Assembly: GCF_006345805.1 (NCBI RefSeq)
Contig: NC_042999.1
Location: 62,744,001 to 62,808,000 of the forward strand
Source of the DNA: Octopus sinensis
Lineage: Eukaryota
Reading direction: 5' to 3'
Length of the DNA stretch: 64,000 nt
The position numbers and the translations under genes are program-made. The notes beneath the pieces are model-generated. The model did no database searches and was not told where the DNA came from. It saw only the letters and a program-made list of their open reading frames with translations. Shown in pieces: positions 1 to 12,254 of this stretch (positions within the stretch are counted from its first letter, which is position 1; each line of letters begins with the position of its first letter).

Positions 1-60
<60 letters not shown>

Positions 61-416
61 AATTATAATTATGTATATAAATACGTGTGTGTACTTTGGC
101 GGACAAATAACCTGCATACACACACTAAAGATAAATATATATATTATAATTATATATATATAAAGAATTATAATTATATATATATAAATACGGGTGTGTA
201 CTTTGGCGGACAAATAATTGGTTTCGTGCAAAGAATATTTTTCATTCAGTCGGATATATATATATATATGTAAACAATGTCTCCCTTTCAAATTTAATTG
301 TTTATTTACCGACCAAGATTTATATATAACACAAAAAAAATACTATTAGACCACGCAACTCTCAAATACATTTTCTTATTGTTTATCTTTGTAAATTTGT
401 GACTCAAAATATAATT

Positions 417-457
<41 letters not shown>

Positions 458-600
458 GAATTCCAGATAAACCCACTATTATGCAACTCAAACAGTGATA
501 GACATAATTTATATATTTATACTGTGAAATTTGATTTAATACTAAATTGAATTTTTCCCTGTAAGTTTGGAGCTATACTCCCCAATATTATTATTATTAT

Positions 601-644
<44 letters not shown>

Positions 645-948
645 GCACACACATTTTTTTTTATTTTTTGCCATCAAAACGGGTCATAAGTTGGTTAACA
701 GTCTTTGTTTTCATTTTGTTATTCGTCTTATAAAGAGGCAGTATTTTATTTATTGTCATGATGTTTACCAAAACATAGGCACAAGACTGCAAAGTTAGTC
801 TAGAAAAACAACTTCGAAAGACTAAAATAACAACCACTACACTACTGTTATTAGGTAGTGGGGTGTCTGTGTTTCGCTTATTTTTTATCATTTCGGCTTC
901 AGAGAAGCAAAAAAAAAAAGAATTATGAAAGGAAATACAAGTACGTAC

Positions 949-1056
949 CATACATTCTAGATCAGACCAACACGTATCATAAGGCAACCGCATCAACTCT
1001 GAAGCGTCTTCTCTGTCTCCGAGTCTTCTGACCGCTAATTTGATGTATCCATCCAT
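949..1056 (-). CDS. NBR1: First coding exon of an NBR1-like autophagy receptor (N-terminal PB1 domain start); the gene continues leftwards out of the window
   Basis: Minus strand reads ttttccag|a ATG ... MDGYIKLAVRRLGDREDASELMRLPYDTCWSDLECM|gtacgt, with a canonical acceptor at 1058-1059 and a phase-0 donor at 947-948. It aligns from memory to the human NBR1 N-terminus MEPQVTLNVTFKNEIQSFLVSDPENTTWADIEAM (TCWSDLECM vs TTWADIEAM), which I recall also ends its first coding exon at that Met. Confidence 0.7.
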
Positions 1057-1507
1057 TCTGGAAAACGTTCTGAGATTCTTATTTTTTGCAATTGGTAATT
1101 GATGAGTTTAAAACAGAGGGGAAAAAAACCTTCGTAAAATTTGGAGGGGTTAAGGAATATGAAGGAAAATTTCAGAAGCCATAACACAATATAAGATTCT
1201 ACTACTATTTGACACCGATTTGCCGAACAACTACCCAATATTTATACATGAAATACAGTAAGCACTAAAAATACTAATACGCTTGTAAGAAATAGAACCT
1301 ATTTTTTAAAGTTTTGCTATTTGAAAACAGCAGTTGAATGATAAAATGTAACATTAAAATGTTTGGACAATATGTTTGCGCGAATAAAAAAGAAGTATAT
1401 CAATATTTTCAGTCGATAACATTAAGTACGTAATTTATGTTATGATTGTTATTGTATACAAACAGTGCGGATTGATTTTAGTTAAGTAATTTTCCTGTTA
1501 AGACATC

Positions 1508-1515
1508 TGACGTCA
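1508..1515. promoter_or_regulatory. Perfect CRE palindrome TGACGTCA upstream of the NBR1-like exon
   Basis: TGACGTCA at 1508-1515, in a locally CpG-containing non-repeat region about 450 bp 5' of the minus-strand start codon. Function is untested. Confidence 0.35.
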
Positions 1516-2165
1516 CTGGCAGACAGCCGTCAGACATTTTAGTAAAGTTATTCAGTCGTAGTCTGCTCCAGTCAATGGTAGAAGTTTCAAGAGAAAGACC
1601 TAAATGTTTTAATTTTGCACTTGTTAGCCACATGTCTCGATAAAAAAAAAGTAATGGCTTTGAATCATTCAGATCAAAATTAAATATAGTCAGTGTGAAC
1701 GTCTGATGATATATATATATTTAAATAATTAGACGTCCATATATCAGAGCAATGAATCGATTGATGAACGAAATGATGACACCGATTATTATGAAAATTC
1801 ATGGCCAATCATGATACCAAATAAATACAAAACCTAGATATCTGAAGGTCAAACCTTTGTTAAATTTCGGTCAGCTACTTTATAAACAAAAAGTTGATTT
1901 TTAAAAAATCTAGCAATTAAATTTTAAATAAGCAGTTCACTATATATATTTATTGTGTATCTGAAATACAATTCTTCGTTTAGGCGTCTTATTGAATACT
2001 GGACTGGAAAGCCTTTTAAAAAATTGGATGAATGTTTATGTGCATTACAATATTTAATGCAGCCTATCCCATCGAACTCATCTATGCGCTTGGAAATACG
2101 AGAAACTTGATAGGAAAATGGCTGAAATTATACTTCCCAGCCATGAATTTAATCGGACATGCTTA

Positions 2166-2174
2166 GTCACGTGA
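2166..2174. promoter_or_regulatory. CLEAR-like E-box GTCACGTGA (TFEB/MITF type)
   Basis: GTCACGTGAa matches 9/10 of the CLEAR consensus GTCACGTGAC, about 1.1 kb 5' of an autophagy-receptor start codon. Confidence 0.35.
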
Positions 2175-2385
2175 ACAGTAGGCTATTGAGACAGTATCTC
2201 TAGAGTTATCTCAACGCTATAATAATTACACTCGACTTTTTTTTTTTACCCCTTGCTTGTAAATTCAAACACATTTGTTCTGATTCAAAGCTTATAATGG
2301 CAAATCTGATGAAAGCCATGCAAATGGTACAAGATGCTTTTGAATTATACATATGTGTGCGTATGTATATATATATATATATATA

Positions 2386-4020
2386 CAGTTGCGGCCAAAA
2401 TGTGCAGAACGACATTGTTTTTGTCAGAAAAGAAGGTATAAGTTTTTATCAAAGTTGTTTTATATTCTATAATTTTCACAGTCAATAAATACAATATTAA
2501 TTAGTATTGTCTGAGATTTTGGTGTAATTTGAGTGGATAATACAAAAGTTATGGATGATTTAGTGATTTACTGTAAAACCCATGGTGGCCAAAATGATCA
2601 GAACGGTTGAAAAAATAAAATAATCAAAAGTGACAGAGAATGCTGGAATTATTTCATATTTAGTGTGAAGCCCTTTAGCTTCAATCAAACTTTGACTGCA
2701 TGAGGAAATCAAATTTTCAATTTCTTGCTGGGTGATCTTATTCCATTCTTCCTGAAGGGCATTCCATAATTGCTCGGTTGTTTTAGGATTTCTGGCTTTC
2801 GAACCTTCTCCAGGAGACCTGGATGTTGTCTTTCCGACTCCAGCACATGTTTTCAATAGGATTGAGATCTGGGCTTTGAGCAGGCCAATCCATAACAATA
2901 ACTTTTTCAGCCTTGAGGAAGTTCATGACCGCCGTAGTCTTGTGACATGGGGCATTGTCCTGCATGAATATGGGTGGTCGCTTAGTTGAATTTCTCAGCA
3001 CAGGCAAGACATGATCTTTTACAAGTTGTTTATAAACTCCTGCATTTACCTTTCCATGTAATCGCACCAAAGGGCCCACACCATCTCCAGATATCATCCC
3101 CCAAACCATGACACTTCCTCCACCGAATTTAACACTAGTCTTAAGGCATTTAGGCGACAATTTTTCGCCTGCTTTTCGACGAACGTACCTTTTCCCATCT
3201 GAGCCAAATAACATAGACTTAGATTCATCACTGAAATGCACCGTTTGCCATTTTTCTTGAGACCACAACACATGTTCGGTTGCAAAGGTAAGATGACATT
3301 TTTTATTCTTGGAGCTGATCAGTGGCTTCACTGCAGGTGCTCTTGCTTGTAGGTCATGTTCAACTAAACGACGAGACAGTTTTTTGAGATAAAGTTTTCT
3401 TCAGTACAATGCTCATTTCCTGAGAAACAGCAGCAACAGTTTTAAATCTAACCCTTTTAACCAACTTTACCATAGCACGATCTTCTCTCTTAATCGTTTT
3501 TCTTGGCCTACCTGTAGACTTTCTTGTTTCACACGAACCACAATCATCGTAGACCTTAAGAATACCGTGAACAACACTTTTTGACTTGTTAACAATCTTT
3601 GCAATAGACCCAATACTTAAATTATCCTTCTTTCGAAGCTTAATAATCTGCTGACGAATTGGTAACGGAGTAAGTGGCATTATATTAACAAAGTACACTG
3701 CAGATATTCTTACTAATGTTTAGTAATCGAACTGTAACGTAAACAAATTCAAAACATTAGAGCTCGACGGTTAAATATACTAAAACATGGAGTAAAAGCA
3801 ACCGTTCTGATCATTTTGGCCGTCATGGGTTTTGCAGTAAATCACTAAATCATCCATAACTTTTGTATTATCCTCTCAAATTACACCAAAATCTCAGACA
3901 ATAACAAATAATATCGTATTTATTGTCTGTGAAAATTATACAATATAAAACAACTTTGATAAAAACTTATACCTAATTTTTCTGGCGAAAACAATGCCGT
4001 TCTGAACATTTTGGCCGCAA

Positions 4021-4023
<3 letters not shown>
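2386..4023 (-). mobile_element. Full-length Tc1-family (DD34E) DNA transposon with long IR/DR terminal inverted repeats
   Basis: TIRs of about 224 bp (2386-2609 and 3799-4023) start CAGTTGCGGCCAAAATG. Each holds outer and inner direct repeats GGCCAAAATGnnCAGAACG. The 1638 bp element is flanked by TA within (TA)n. Confidence 0.95.
2655..3680 (-). pseudogene. Frameshifted Tc1 transposase
   Basis: Three ORF pieces: an HTH region (MPLTPLPIRQQIIKL...GRPRKT), a catalytic core FSDESK...MQDNAPCH...WPAQSPDLNPIE (34 residues between D and E), and a C-terminus ...EAKGLHTKY in another frame. Confidence 0.93.
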
Positions 4024-4095
<72 letters not shown>

Positions 4096-4113
4096 TATTA
4101 TATTATATATATA

Positions 4114-4478
4114 GAAGTGGGTGTATGGTAAGTAGCTTGCTTACCAACCACATGGTTCCGGGTTCAGTCCAACTGCATGGCACCTTGGGTAAGTGTCTTC
4201 TACTATAGCCTTAGGTCGACCAAAACCTTGTGAGTGGATTTGGTAGACGGAAGCTGAAAGAAGCCTGTCATATGTATGTATGTGTGTGTGTATATGTTTG
4301 TGTGTCTGTGATTGTTCCCCCAACATCGCTTGACAACCGATGCTGGTGTGTTTACGTCCCTGTAACTTAGCGGTTCGGCAAAAGACACCGATAGAATAAG
4401 TACTGGGCTTACAAAGAATAAGTCCTGGGGTCGATTTGCTCGACTAAAGGCAGTGCTCCAGTATGGCCACTGTCAAAT
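4114..4478 (+). mobile_element. tRNA-derived SINE, family A
   Basis: Head TGGTAAGTAGCTTGC...GGGTTCAGTCC (A/B-box-like), then a body with an internal (TG)n tract. The same sequence recurs at 13520, 18627, 30916, 57001 and 61836. Confidence 0.85.
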
Positions 4479-5000
4479 GGGTGCTTTTTTACATGCCACC
4501 GGCAGAGGGGGCTGGCATTGACCATGATCGGATGATGCCTTTTACGTGCCACCAGCACAGGGACCACAACTACAATTTCCATCTGATTGCAATTTGATTT
4601 GATTTTGATGTTGATGTACTTGACTCAACAGGTCTCCTCAAGCACGGCATGTCACCCTATGATTAAAAGAAAATGGATTATTTAATTGGGAAACTTCACT
4701 CATCAGAAAACTGTAACTACGTCTGCCAATGCACTTTGATTTGCTTTCTGTCCTTTCCATAGCAACAACTATAATGTCTTGAAACAAGTAAAGTGTTTTC
4801 CACCATACCTCAGGTACTCTTAATCAATGCACCCTCGTTTCCTCCATTCATTGTCCTGAAAATAATCTTACAAGAAACGTTTTTCTCTCAAATCTTCCTC
4901 CCTGAAATGTAATCCTTTGAAGGTTCCTCTTGGAGCAAGTTTCCATGATACTTTGTCGTCTCCGGCAGGACAAGTGAGACCATAACACTTGGCCTCTACC

Positions 5001-5438
5001 TGGGATGTAGCCACCACTTATGCATACCTTTCCTTCTTGGGACACAAAACTCTGCTTGTGAAGACCTGTTGAGGCAAGTAAAATCGAAATCGATCAAAAA
5101 TCAATGGAAATTGTAGTTGTGATACCAGTGCCAGTGGCATGTAAAAGAACCATCTGAACGTGGCCATTGCCAGTGCTGCCTTGACTGGCCGCCGTGCCGG
5201 TGGCACGTAAAAAGCACCAACCGATTGTGGCCGTTGCCAGCCTTGACCGGCACCTGTGCCAGTGGCACGTAAAAAGCACCCACTACATTCATGGAGTGGT
5301 TTGCGTTAGGAAGGGCATCCAGCCATAGAAACACTGCCAGATCAGACTGGGCCTGGTGCAGCCTCCTGGCTTCCCAGACCCCAGTCGAACTGTCCAACCC
5401 ATGCTAGAATGGAAAGCGGACGTCAAACGATGATGATG
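5001..5438 (+). mobile_element. RTE-clade LINE 3' end or derived SINE with tandem internal units and a (GAT)n tail
   Basis: GGCACGTAAAAAGCACC units, GGAAGGGCATCCAGC, CCAACCCATGCTAG..TGGAAAGCGGACG and a (GAT)n tail; more than 10 copies in the window. Confidence 0.75.
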
Positions 5439-5693
5439 AAGACCTAACATCCAGTGATCTAACTTCATCTTTTAGCGTTTACTTATTTCTGTCATTGGAC
5501 TGCAACCATGCTGGAGCACCATCTTGAAGTGTTCAGTCAAACAAATCAACACCTATAGTTATTTTTTTAAAGTCTTGCACCTATTTTATTGGTCTCTCTA
5601 GCTGAACTGGTAACTTATGAATACATAAACAAACCAGTACTAGTTGTCAAGAAATGTTGTTGGGATACACCCACTCACACAAATGTTGTATGT

Positions 5694-5873
5694 TTAAAAA
5701 ATAATTATTAAGAACAGAAACTATTAATACCAAAAGGCAATTTTTATATCCAACTTAACATGGATGCTTTGTTATGCTTTGTTAGAATGCATTCACAAAA
5801 CATCCATGTTAAGTTGAATATAAAGATTGTCTTTTGATATTTATACTGTCTCTTGCTAATAATTATTTTTTAA
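5694..5873. repeat. MITE-like inverted repeat (about 79 bp arms, 22 nt spacer)
   Basis: CAACTTAACATGGATGCTTTGT (5751-5772) is inverted to ACAAAACATCCATGTTAAGTTG (5795-5816). The arms extend to TTAAAAAATAATTATTA / TAATAATTATTTTTTAA. Confidence 0.75.
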
Positions 5874-5916
5874 GAAGCTTGCTGGTTATTTGCAATGTCA
5901 GTACCTGGAAAAGACA

Positions 5917-5971
<55 letters not shown>

Positions 5972-6213
5972 GGCAGTGAGATAGATTTGGCTTTTCTGCA
6001 GCTACCAGATGCCTGCCACTGAGGAGTCTAGGTACGTTGAAATCATGTGATCTGGCAATTCTGGTGCCCATGGCAGACAATTCTGCCAATGATATAAATA
6101 TGTGTGCTTTTTTTGTAGTATGCCTCCATATGAGAGGTCCTCTCAAGGTAAATACAGCAGTATTTGGTGTTCTAACAAAACAATCATGTTAAGTTGGATG
6201 TAAAAATTGCTTT

Positions 6214-6810
6214 ATGCATGCTTGTTTAGAGGACACCCACTTGCCAAAACAGGTATCGTATGGTAAGCTAGAGCAAGGAAAACATTCCCAGTACAAGTCA
6301 GGCAAACATTTCAAAGACAATTTTAAAGACACACTTAAAAAGATCAATATCAGTACTAAGACCTCGGAAGATCTTGCATCAGATAGGAAACTGAGGAGGA
6401 ATCTGATTGCTAATGGTGTTAAAGTATTCAAGAACTATAGCATTACATACACTGAGTTGAAACATGCTGATAAAATATGGAGGATGTGAACCCTCTTCCT
6501 GGGAAGGGCACAAAAGAGTCTCTTCCATGGGACCAGTATGGTTGTATTTGCTTCTCAAAGAAATGCTTATTCAGCTAGAAGCATGGTTCTGGAGATACCC
6601 TCATCTATCAGCATGTATTTTTGTATACACTGTGTAGCAGAGTGTGTAGGTCAGACAGTGGACTCAACCAGTATTGTAGTTCCCAGAATCCAGATGGTTG
6701 GGTTGTTGATGGAAGGCAGACTTGTGGTCAGTGTTGGAATGACTTTGAGGTCCCTTGCAGGCCTCAGGAGCCACAGGAGATGTCACCAGCAATGGGGAGA
6801 CCAAATGTGA
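6214..6810 (+). pseudogene. Decayed RTE (BovB-like) LINE ORF C-terminus with a C2H2-like tail
   Basis: EDTHLPKQVSYGKLEQGK...FKDNFKDTLKKINISTKTSEDLASDRK resembles the RTE C-terminal RLPKQ..YGEL..GKR..KRFKD block. TLRSLAGLRSHRRCH resembles the terminal zinc finger. Confidence 0.7.
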
Positions 6811-6859
6811 GATATGTTTCTTACAGTGAAATGGGTCTAAGAAGTGGTCTTACTCATGA

Positions 6860-7090
6860 GTCAACTTCCACCACTTTGTATGAATGTCTATCTGTTCGAA
6901 GGTCGTGCTTCACCACTTCATCCAAGGTCTTCCTGGGTCTACCTCTTTCACAGGTTCCCTCAACCACTAGGGTGTGGCACTTTTTCACACAGCAATCCTC
7001 ACCCATTCTCGCCACATGACCATACCAGCACAGTCATCTCTCTTGCACACCACATCTGATGCTTCTTAAGTCCAACTTTTCTAGTAGGGT
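6860..7090 (-). pseudogene. Fragment of a second RTE-type LINE ORF end
   Basis: Minus strand reads approximately LDLRSIRCGVQER.LCWYGHVARMGEDCCVKKCHTLVVEGTCERGRPRKTLDEVVKHDL, the typical RTE terminal R.RWYGHV.RM / GRGRPRKTW motif. Confidence 0.75.
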
Positions 7091-7094
7091 ATTA

Positions 7095-7460
7095 AGAGCA
7101 CCATCCGAGCGTGATCGTTGCCAGAGCGGCTATATGGCCTCCGTGCCGATGACACGTAAAGGACATCATTCAAGTGTGATCGTTACCAGCGTCGCCTTAC
7201 TAGCACCTGTGCCAGTGGCATGTGTAAAAGATTCGAGCAAGGTTGTTGCCAGTACCGCCTGACTGGCCTCGTGCCAGTGGCATGTAAAAGCACCCACTAC
7301 GTTCTCAGAGTGGTTGGCATTAGGAAGGGCATCCAGCTGTAGAAACTCTGACAGATCAAGATTGAAACCTGGTGCAGCCATCTGGTTCGCCAGCACCTCA
7401 GTCATTCGTCCAACCCATGCTAGCATGGAAAGCGAACGTTAAACGATGATGATGATGATG
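7095..7460 (+). mobile_element. RTE 3'-end element copy
   Basis: Same family as 5001-5438; palindrome CCATGCTAGCATGG at 7415-7428 and a (GAT)n tail. Confidence 0.8.
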
Positions 7461-8059
7461 AAAGATTGAATGACTGCTCAGAAACTCTGTCTTTGGTTAT
7501 ATTGAAGGCATTCCATTAGTTGCTGTTCTTGAGCCCATAAAATAAAAGCTATTCCAACTGTGTCCTTCTTTTTTTACCCATGATGAGAATCGGCTGCTAT
7601 TTCTAGCAGCTTGAGTTACTTCAAAGCTTCAGAAGCTAACATGTTTCTGTATGCATGTGCTCATGCAAATAAACAAATTACTGTGTGCAGGAATGGACCC
7701 AAGGAAGTGGGGCTTCAGGGGCACATGCCTCCCTTAAGAAAAGAAGCATGGTATTCTAAATAATGTTATTACGCCCTTTTCTCCTGGAATTGTATTACCT
7801 TCTGACCTTGTGCCCTCCTTTTGAAAACTCCTTCAGACTGTGCCTGGTGTGTGTGTGCATGCACTAGTCAATGAGCACATATTATTACTAATGTTTGTGT
7901 CTACATGCTAATATTGGAGTGTGTGATTTGAGGGGAATTTGACTTTTTACCATGTCTAACTACTATGCAGAGACTTCGAATAGGCTGATACATACATGAT
8001 ATACATATGCAGCTGTGCTCAAAAATTTCAAACATAGGTCTGAAAATTAGAATCTTTAT

Positions 8060-8278
8060 ATTAAATGCTTAGCGCACCGGGCGAAAGGCTTAGCGGTATT
8101 TCGTCTGTCGTTACGTTCTGAGTCCAAATTCCGCTGAGGTCGACTTTGCCTTTCATCCTCTTGGGGTCAATAAATAAAGTACCAGTTTCACACTGGGTCG
8201 ATGTAATCGACTTAATCCGTTTGTCTGTCCTTGTTTGTCCCCTCTATGTTTAACCCCTTGTGGGTAGTAAAGAAATAT
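8060..8278 (+). mobile_element. SINE family C copy
   Basis: GCTTAGCGGTATTTCGTCTG...GAGGTCGACTTTGCCTTTCATCC...GGGTCGATGTAATCGACTTAATCC. It recurs at 9003(-), 21297(-), 34462(-), 34820(+), 44390(+), 45922(+), 54117(+) and 62990(-). Confidence 0.8.
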
Positions 8279-9002
8279 ATATGAAATGCTTAAAGTTATA
8301 TTTAATTTGCAATATATTATTACTTGGGCATAAGTTTGAAACATATGTATGAAAATTATGATTTTTATATTAAATGACAATTTGAGTCAAATTGTGCTTG
8401 GGCATAACAATTTTAATTTTTTTTTAAATACTCCAAACTTTTGGCCACAACTGAATGTACACACACACACACATACAAGACAATAAGGAGTGATTTGAGC
8501 AAGAGTTGGCTGCTGTTTCTATCTAGTCTGAATTGTCTTCTGTGTTGTTAATACATACATAACTTGCAATTCATTGAAGCATTATTTTCACAAATGCACT
8601 AAATTGAAGCAAGTGATTTTAAGATGTGTAGACATAACATACCTATTTAATACTAGGGAAATATAAAAGAAGAAAAAAAATAGAGTATTATACTCAGGTC
8701 CAGATTAAGACCCATAGAGGCCCTAAGCACTTAATACCTTCATATGTACATAATTCGAAATATAAACAATAATAAACTATAGAATAAATTTTTATTTTTC
8801 AAAATATAACAAAATTAACAGTAAGATGGAAAACAATATTTATTTTTGTATACTTCCACTTTAGATTTTTATACCCCACTTTGTATATTTGTAACCTGGC
8901 ACCATTTTGTTGGCATGTGCACACATATTGTGTAAAGTACTATCTGTCTGAGGTCCTTGTTGTGACTTGACAAACAGTATAAAACCCTGGTAGACACAAT
9001 AT

Positions 9003-9226
9003 CTGTTTCTTTATTACCCACAAGGGGCTAAACATAGAGGGGACAGACAAACAGATTAAGTTGATTACATCAACCCCAGTGCGTAACTGGTACTTAATTT
9101 ATCGCCCCCAAAAGGATGAAAGGCAAAGTAGACCCCGGCAGAATTTGAACTCAGAACCTAACGGCAGACGAAATACGGCTACGCATTTCGTCCGGCGTGC
9201 TAACGTTTCTGCCAGCTCGCTGCCTT
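9003..9226 (-). mobile_element. SINE family C copy
   Basis: Reverse complement of the 8060 family, including the GGCGAGCTGGCAGAAACGTTAGCACGCCGG head. Confidence 0.8.
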
Positions 9227-9996
9227 CTGGTAGACACAATATCTTCAATCAACAACCTCACCAAATTGTATACTGTATGATATCTAAAATAATAACAACA
9301 ACAATTATAATAATTATAATGCTTTCTTTATTAATCACAAAGGATCAAAGGTGTGGGATTTCTGGAATTACATAAAAAAAAGGTAAACAAGGGAAATTAT
9401 ACACAATTCAAACAAAGAAAAATTCTAAATTAGGGAGACAGATTTTCAAGGGCTACTTGTGGAAACCCCTATAAAAATCATGACCACCCTAACCACTAGC
9501 ACACATGTCCTCTCCAAGTGGTCCTTCTCTAATCTACCAGCAGAAATTCGGAGCCGGTCCATTTACTTGAGCCACATTCACCACACTTACTGCTGTCATC
9601 CAACATTATATGAATTTGCTGGGAGCAAAACTTGCCCCCTCTACCCTCTTTTTCAAGTGAAACCTGATAAAGGTGAATGAGGGTTTTGCAAAAGAAGATA
9701 TCTTTCTTTAGCCCTTTCAATTTTGTTCATCACAGTCTCTTTCACCTAAGCCACCAGACAGATACACACTGCCTGCTCTTCCCAGCCAAAAAAAGCTGTG
9801 GTGTGGGACAATCTTTACAATGGACTCAGCTGATAACTGGACCATCCTACATGTAACAGCTGCTGTTTGGCATAATTCCATAAGTCAGAAATGCTTGGAC
9901 CATTCTTATTAACAACAGTTCAAAATGCAATGGATGCTTGATTTTTGTCAACTTTGGCAATATGTATCTAATGATATAAATAATATATATATATAT

Positions 9997-10205
9997 AGTT
10001 AATCCAAACATGAAAACACACAGAGAAAACACAACAATGCGAGGACGTGGAACAAGTATAGTGTTACTGGACGCTCAGGAAAGGAAAGAAAGAAGGAGGA
10101 TTTAACGTTTCAAGCAGAGCTCTTCGTCAGAAACATAGGAAAAGGAAAGATCCAAGGAAGGGAAGACAGAGGAAAAAAATTGCCAATGGTACACACATGA
10201 TCACA
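9997..10205 (-). mobile_element. About 210 bp non-coding mini-element in (TA)n carrying a hammerhead motif (family HH-a)
   Basis: Flanked by (TA)n; it is the reverse complement of the 51160-51360 element. Confidence 0.8.
10100..10134 (-). ncRNA. Minimal type I hammerhead ribozyme, core intact (HH-a)
   Basis: Minus strand: GTTT CTGACGA A GAGC tct GCTT GAA ACGT T AAAT. Stem I is GUUU/AAAU, stem II is GAGC/GCUU, stem III is the palindrome ACGU, and the predicted cleavage triplet is GUU. Confidence 0.72.
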
Positions 10206-11469
10206 TATATATATATGTGGCTGGGAAGAGCAGGCAGTGTATATCTGTCTGGTGGCTTAGGTGAAAGAAACTGTGTGATGAACAAAATTGAAAGGGCTGA
10301 AGAGAGACATCTTTTGCAAAACTCTCATTTCTTTGAGACTTTCTGAACAGTTTTATCTGCTTCAAACTTACCTCTAATTCAAGTGATGGTAAGTTGTGTT
10401 GGTGGATCTCTTTGAAACTTTCTCGTAAATTGTCTTTGCACTTCAAATACATTTTCAGAGATCCAGTTGCACTTTAGGCTACATTTCTTTTGTTCAAAGA
10501 TTAATCCAGTCCTCTTCATTATTTCTAATGGACTAAATCTAAAAAAAAAAAAAAATGAAATTTATGTGCATTATCAAATATTAAAGTATGTATACATTTT
10601 TGGAGACACTGTATGTGTGTGTGTGTGTGTTCCTTGAAATCATAGAAGTGCTATCATTACATATGGTATGTCTTGGACATTTTTAGACTTGACAAAACCC
10701 TCTTTCTATAACATGAATACAGAAAAGAGTAGACGAACAGAAATAAAGAGAGACAGAATGAAGAGGAAGAATCAATCCTAGTAAAGAACTGGGAACTTAT
10801 ATGTGGCTTGTTAAAGGATGAAAGGTAAAGATAATCATAGTGGAATTTGAACTCGGAGCACAAAGTTTAGGAAACAATTACCATAAGGTAATTTATCCAA
10901 ATCTCTGACAACTCAGCTTACACGCATGCACACATGCATGCTCACACACACATGCACGCGCTTGTACACACACACATGCACGCACGTGCACACACACATT
11001 GTTAGAGTTTAGCTCCAGGTCACCTAGATTCTGAAGACCCACAATGAAAGGCATTAAAACTGTGATATTCTATCTTTCTTCAAGACACAGTGCATTTAGG
11101 AGTACATCATCTAATATCTACTTCCTTTTCTAAGGCATTTGAAAATGATTCAGGAGATTTAGCTGCTATCTCTAGCAGGTCAAGTCACCACTTATAGGCT
11201 TAAACATTGGCTTGTGGCATAGTGATCTAGAGTGTTTAGAATTTGTGTCTGGATATTTGGTAGAGGTGGGGAATGGTAATGGAATGTCAGGAACTGTGAT
11301 GATTGTAGCTCATTGCACAACAAGAAATTAAGCCTTCACAACATTAGTTCATTGCGATCTGAATAAAATTTGCCAACTAATATAAGCAGCTTCATTGACT
11401 GTATAAAGGCAGCCTAGTTGATTTGTATAGAAGATTCGTTCCTCATTGATTCATTACAAGCTTGTAGTT

Positions 11470-11859
11470 GCTGCTGCTGTTGTTGTTGATGTTGAGCGAA
11501 CGGTCTTTGTTCCAGAGCTCGCAAGATGGGAGAAGTCCGAAACATGGTCCTTTGCTATTCATAAGACCTGCAGAAAAGAAAGCAGGTCAACCCCCAACAC
11601 CGAGAGCATCGACGGATGGATGAATGCACATCCAGGCTCAGCAGTTGTGTAGGAAGTTGGGGACAAGAAACAGGAAGAAAGAGTGAGAGAAAGTTGGAGC
11701 GAAAGAGTACAACAGGGGTCACCACCACCCCTTGCCAGAGATTCGTGGAGCTTTAGGTGTTTTCACTCAATAAATAGAAACAACGTCCGGTCTGGGAATC
11801 AAAACCGTGATTCTCCGACCACGAGTCCGCTACCCTAACCACTGGGCCATTGTACCTCC
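11470..11859 (-). mobile_element. tRNA-derived SINE (tRNA-Arg-like head, (CAA)n tail)
   Basis: Minus head GGAGGTACAATGGCCCAGTGGTTAGGGTAGCGGACTCG...GGTTTTGATTCC; near-identical to 30205-30598. Confidence 0.85.
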
Positions 11860-12254
11860 ACTGTAGTTGCTGCTACTGTTGTTGTTGTTGTTGTTGTCGT
11901 CGTTCTTGTTGCTTACACCCCAAACAACTCTTATTGAACAGATATGTGATTCCGTGACATTCCGGCAATAATCAACCCAACACGTTCTGTGTTAGGAACT
12001 GCATTATTCAATGTATCCTTTTCTTGTTTAAGATTATTGGAATGTGATTTCAAGAAGATTTCATTACTATTTCTAGCAGGTGATGTGATCATGCAAAGAC
12101 CCTCTCATTAGTTAATTACAAACTTAATTGGAGTTTAAGGAGATTTCTTTTCAAATTACTACCTGAGGGCGATGTTACCTATTACTATCCTATCACCTGT
12201 ACAGTGTTATATCTACAGCAAATTGATCATCATCATCATTTAAATTGATCATCA

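Larger units (their letters stand above)
9560..10330. mobile_element. Decayed L1/Tx1-like LINE fragment with an internal inversion
   Basis: 9676-9788 is the reverse complement of 10218-10330. The minus-strand translation ...FIRFHLKKRVE...SKFI.CW...VNG loosely resembles L1/Tx1 ORF2 C-termini; the clade assignment is tentative. Confidence 0.45.

Noticed and set aside
661-948. Remainder of the 131 aa ORF 661-1056
   Set aside because: NBR1 similarity ends at the GTACGT donor; the rest is low-complexity intron read-through.
11446-11652. Near-identical ORFs at 11446 and 30048 as a duplicated gene
   Set aside because: Both are the antisense reading of the same SINE family.
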